Assembly: GCF_009914755.1 (NCBI RefSeq)
Contig: NC_060940.1
DNA: 64,000 bases
DNA from: the human T2T-CHM13v2.0 reference genome, Homo sapiens
Strand: one strand, 5' to 3'
The notes beneath the pieces are model-generated. The model saw only the letters and a program-made list of their open reading frames with translations, was not told the origin of the DNA and made no database searches. Position 1 is the first letter of the stretch, and the number at the start of each line of letters is the position of its first letter. Shown here piece after piece: positions 59,559-64,000 of the stretch. The translations under genes and the position numbers were made by a program.

Positions 59559-59693
59559 ACTACAACATAAGCCTATTTTGATAAAAATACATCTCTTCTT
59601 TATAAGTATCAATCCTATCTTTATTTAAAATTTTGGCATTTGTTCATTGTAGATTTTTCCATTAATTTTGATTTTTTAAAATATTGCATCAAA

Positions 59694-60264
59694 GGCCAGG
59701 TATGGTGGCTCACACCTGTAATCCCAGCACTGTGGGAGACCAAGCGGGAGGATTCTTGTATCCAGGAGCTCCAGACCAGCCTGAGCAACATGACGTTTTT
59801 AAGTGCTCAGCAGAGTATCTGAAACAAAGAAGACCACCGATTAATCTCTACGTTTCATGAATAAGTCACGAGTGAATATAGATAAGAAAGCTGAGACACA
59901 GAGAGGTTAAGCAACTTACTCAGAGTCACGGAGACTTATCTGTAGTGCTAGGACTGGAATCATGACTGCCTGATTTAAGTAAAGCTGTTAATCAGGCAGA
60001 AATCGCCCATTCATTCTCCTGAACTAAACTCACAGAAAGATGACCATTTATTCCACTTTAGCAATGACTGGTCATATGAGAGCTGCCTATAAAAAAAATC
60101 AAAAATTAGTCTAGCGTGATGGTGTGCTCCTGTAGTCCCAGCTACTCAGGAGGCTGAAGTGGGAGGATGGCTTGGACCAGGGGGGTCAAGGCTGCAGTGA
60201 GCCATGATCGCATCATTGCACTCACCCTGGGAGACAGAGTCAGACTGTGTCTCAAAAAAAAAAA
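59694..60264 (+). mobile_element. AluJ split by a ~290-bp insertion; itself inside a MER91-like hAT element (~59600-60375)
   Basis: Left arm 59694-59792, linker and right arm 60088-60264; TSD TGCATCAAA. Confidence 0.88.
59800..60087 (-). repeat. Left arm of inverted duplication (copy of 61201-61487)
   Basis: Manual alignment: 13 substitutions and 1 indel over ~288 bp. Confidence 0.95.
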
Positions 60265-61200
60265 GTGCATCAAAAGATGATTTATCTTGATTACTGAGTT
60301 TTTTTGAGGGTGCCCTTAAATTTTGCATGAATGTCGAGTGTTTTACTTGCTCCACCTTACTCCTGTCTCTGCCCTAAGGTGATGCAGATGAATACAGTTT
60401 TGTTCTTGAAGGCCACATGATAACTGTATTATCTATTATAACCATAAGGCTCTGAATCCTGGGATGTCCTGGCAAGAATATGATAGTACCATCAGAAGCA
60501 TAAGGTGATGGAATTTTATGGATAAAAAGGATTTTTGAGATAAAATATCCCAACCCTTTCTGTTAGAGACAAGGAGACAGAAACACAAAGGGATAAAATA
60601 ATTTGGCCCAAGTCATACAGCTGATAAATTATAGATCTTGTATCCAAACTCATTATATTTTGCTGGAAGTTTAGCATTCATTTCACCACAATGAAAAGGC
60701 CAACTCTAGAATCCTTTTCCTCACAAAAAGAAATCATCTCCTTGTTAAATTTCATTTGGGTATTCTGGGGAAAATGTTGAGAAATAATAAAAATCTGGAT
60801 TTCTCTTTCTTATAACTCCAGAGCACGATTTTACTTCAGTTTAGTCTATAAATTGACATGGATTATGAGGTTGTGTGGTATTTAGCTTTATGGTAATTTC
60901 CTATTTGAATAGCTGATAAGAGTTAATTTATCCTGAAGACAACTAGAAATAAAATAATAATTGGGTTATAAAATTAAAGCAATAACATCTGTAGTTTCTA
61001 CTACATTGAACATATTTGATGTAGAGAATATTTCAATTAGGCTGAAAAACCTGTGAATGCTTTTTCTCCCTTATATTCTCCCTCAAAAGGAAAAAAAAAG
61101 GCCTACAACCCTAAAAATAATTAAAACTAGGAAGCGTTTTCAGCTTTTGATATTTCACATTGAACTCAAGAGGTTGAGAAAATTATGCAACCTTGACCTT

Positions 61201-61487
61201 GGCTGCTCTCATATGACCAGTCATTGCCAAAGTGGAATAAATGGTCAGCTTTCTGTGAGTTTAGTTCAGGAGAATGAATGGTGATTTCTGCCTGATTAAC
61301 AGCTTTACTTAAATCAGGCAGTCATGATTCCAGTTCTAGCACTACAGATAACTCTCTGTGACTCTGAGTAAGTTGCTTAACCTCTCTGTGTCTCAGCTTT
61401 CTTACCTATATTCACTCGTGACTTATTCATGAAACTTACAGATTAATTGATGGTCTTCTTTGTTTCAGATACTCTGCTGAACACTTA
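61201..61487 (+). repeat. Right arm of inverted duplication (probable donor; contains MIR core and L2-like piece)
   Basis: Reverse complement of 59800-60087. Confidence 0.95.
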
Positions 61488-61784
61488 GGAAAGTGGAAAA
61501 GATTCAGTACCTGGTCTCACATAGCTTATGATGAAATATGGACACAAATATCCTCCTCACAAGATAAAATGTGATAAGTCACATCTAAATGGCATAAAAG
61601 AGATCATAGATAAAAAGTAGAGAGTTGGCACCTCCGCCTCCACTCAGTGGCACACCAATGTGAGATTGTAGGGGGGTGCACTGGGGGCCCAGAAGTGAGC
61701 TCTGGGAGCAGGTAATTGAGGATAACTCAAAAACAACAATACAACCAACTCAAAATCGGCCTGCCCTCTCATCTCACTGTATGC

Positions 61785-62566
<782 letters not shown>

Positions 62567-62869
62567 TAAGAAACAGAATATTTATAAAACAAGTAGTTAA
62601 TATTTAGGAGTTTATTGTTAGCTTTTAAACACATGCAAATTTATCTTTCAGTGTAATTACCTGGCTAGAGAAGAAACATGTGTAAGACAAAATGCCGATA
62701 TAGTGAAATGTCTTCAAGAATTGCTATGATTACTTTGTCTTGGGAGAAAAAATAAAAATTGTAAGAAAGAAGAAAACTTTTAGGTTTGAAAGTGTCCTCT
62801 TGAGTGAAGGGGCAAGTCTAAAGCTTGTATTTAATACATAGGTTTCTTTTGTTTTCTTTAAAAAGATGT

Positions 62870-63385
62870 TTAATCTTTAATTATTATGGGTATGTAATAG
62901 GTGTGTGTATTTATGGGGTACATGTGATATTTTGAGGCAGGTATACAATGTGTAATAATCATAGTAGAGTAATTGGGGGTCCATCACCTCAAGTATTTAT
63001 CATTTCTTTATGTTAGGAACATTCCAATTCCACACTTTTAGTTATTTTAAAATATACAATAAATTATTAACTGTGGTCACCCTGTTGTGCTATCAAATAC
63101 CAGATCTTATTCATTCTACCTAACTTTATTTTTACATTCATTAACCATCCCCACTTTACCCTCCCCTCCTAGCTACCCTTCCTAGCTTCTGGTCACCATC
63201 ATTCTCTCTATCTCTATAGGTTCAGTGGTTTTCATTTTTATGAGTGATAACATGTGACATTTGTCTTTCTGTGCCTGGCTTTTTTCACTTAACAAAATGT
63301 CCTCCAGTTCCAGGCATGTTTTTGCAAATGACAGGCTCTCATTCTTTTTTATGGCTGAATAATATTTCATTTGGGGTATCTTTTG
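62870..63385 (-). mobile_element. L1MA-type 3' end
   Basis: MKYYSAIKKNESLSFAKTCLELEDILLSEKSQAQKDK plus 3'UTR. Confidence 0.85.
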
Positions 63386-63766
63386 TTTTTTGGTCACCAT
63401 AATTTCCTTCATTAATCAAGATAAAAGTGTTGAGCCAGCTAGAAATAGAGTCCTATCTATGGAGTCTATTTCTCATTTAATGTGTTTAACTTAAGAGTTA
63501 ACAAGACCACTAGAAAGTTAGGAGGTAACTTTCGATTCTGATATATTGATCCTGGGGCAGTTGGACCAAGGATGGATAACAGATGGAGAATCGAGAGATG
63601 GTAGAAGGCAGAGTTGTGATCTCAGGGATTATTTATTAGGGGTGCACATTAAACCTGTTTAGCTATTACTTCAGTTCTAACTCTGATTTTTTGGTTTTCC
63701 TCTTGAAAAGCTTCTGGAGTCAGTAACCCAGCCATGGCATAGCCATGGCACAAGAGGGATCAGTAG

Positions 63767-64000
<234 letters not shown>

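Overview
Human genomic DNA, intergenic or deep intronic in character. Species is supported by an L1HS-Ta 3' end, and Alu, THE1 and MER85 elements are present. Most of the window is interspersed repeats, and I found no credible protein-coding exon of a functional gene. The only gene-derived features are a processed cytochrome c (CYCS) pseudogene at the left edge, which has an open frame and pre-anthropoid-type residues, and a 38-bp tailless 5S rRNA retrocopy inside an Alu. Notable structure: (1) a human-specific L1HS-Ta insertion reusing an AluJ's endonuclease site; (2) a MER85 piggyBac MITE with an intact CSB-PGBD3 binding palindrome; (3) a ~288-bp, ~95% identical inverted duplication that splits an AluJ and brackets 1.1 kb; (4) several other locally templated duplications; (5) a twin-primed L1; (6) a near full-length old L1PA and nested LTR/Alu clusters. 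I see no evidence for a new multi-gene biological system. Repeat subfamily names come from recalled consensus sequences, and old-repeat boundaries are approximate (tens of bp).
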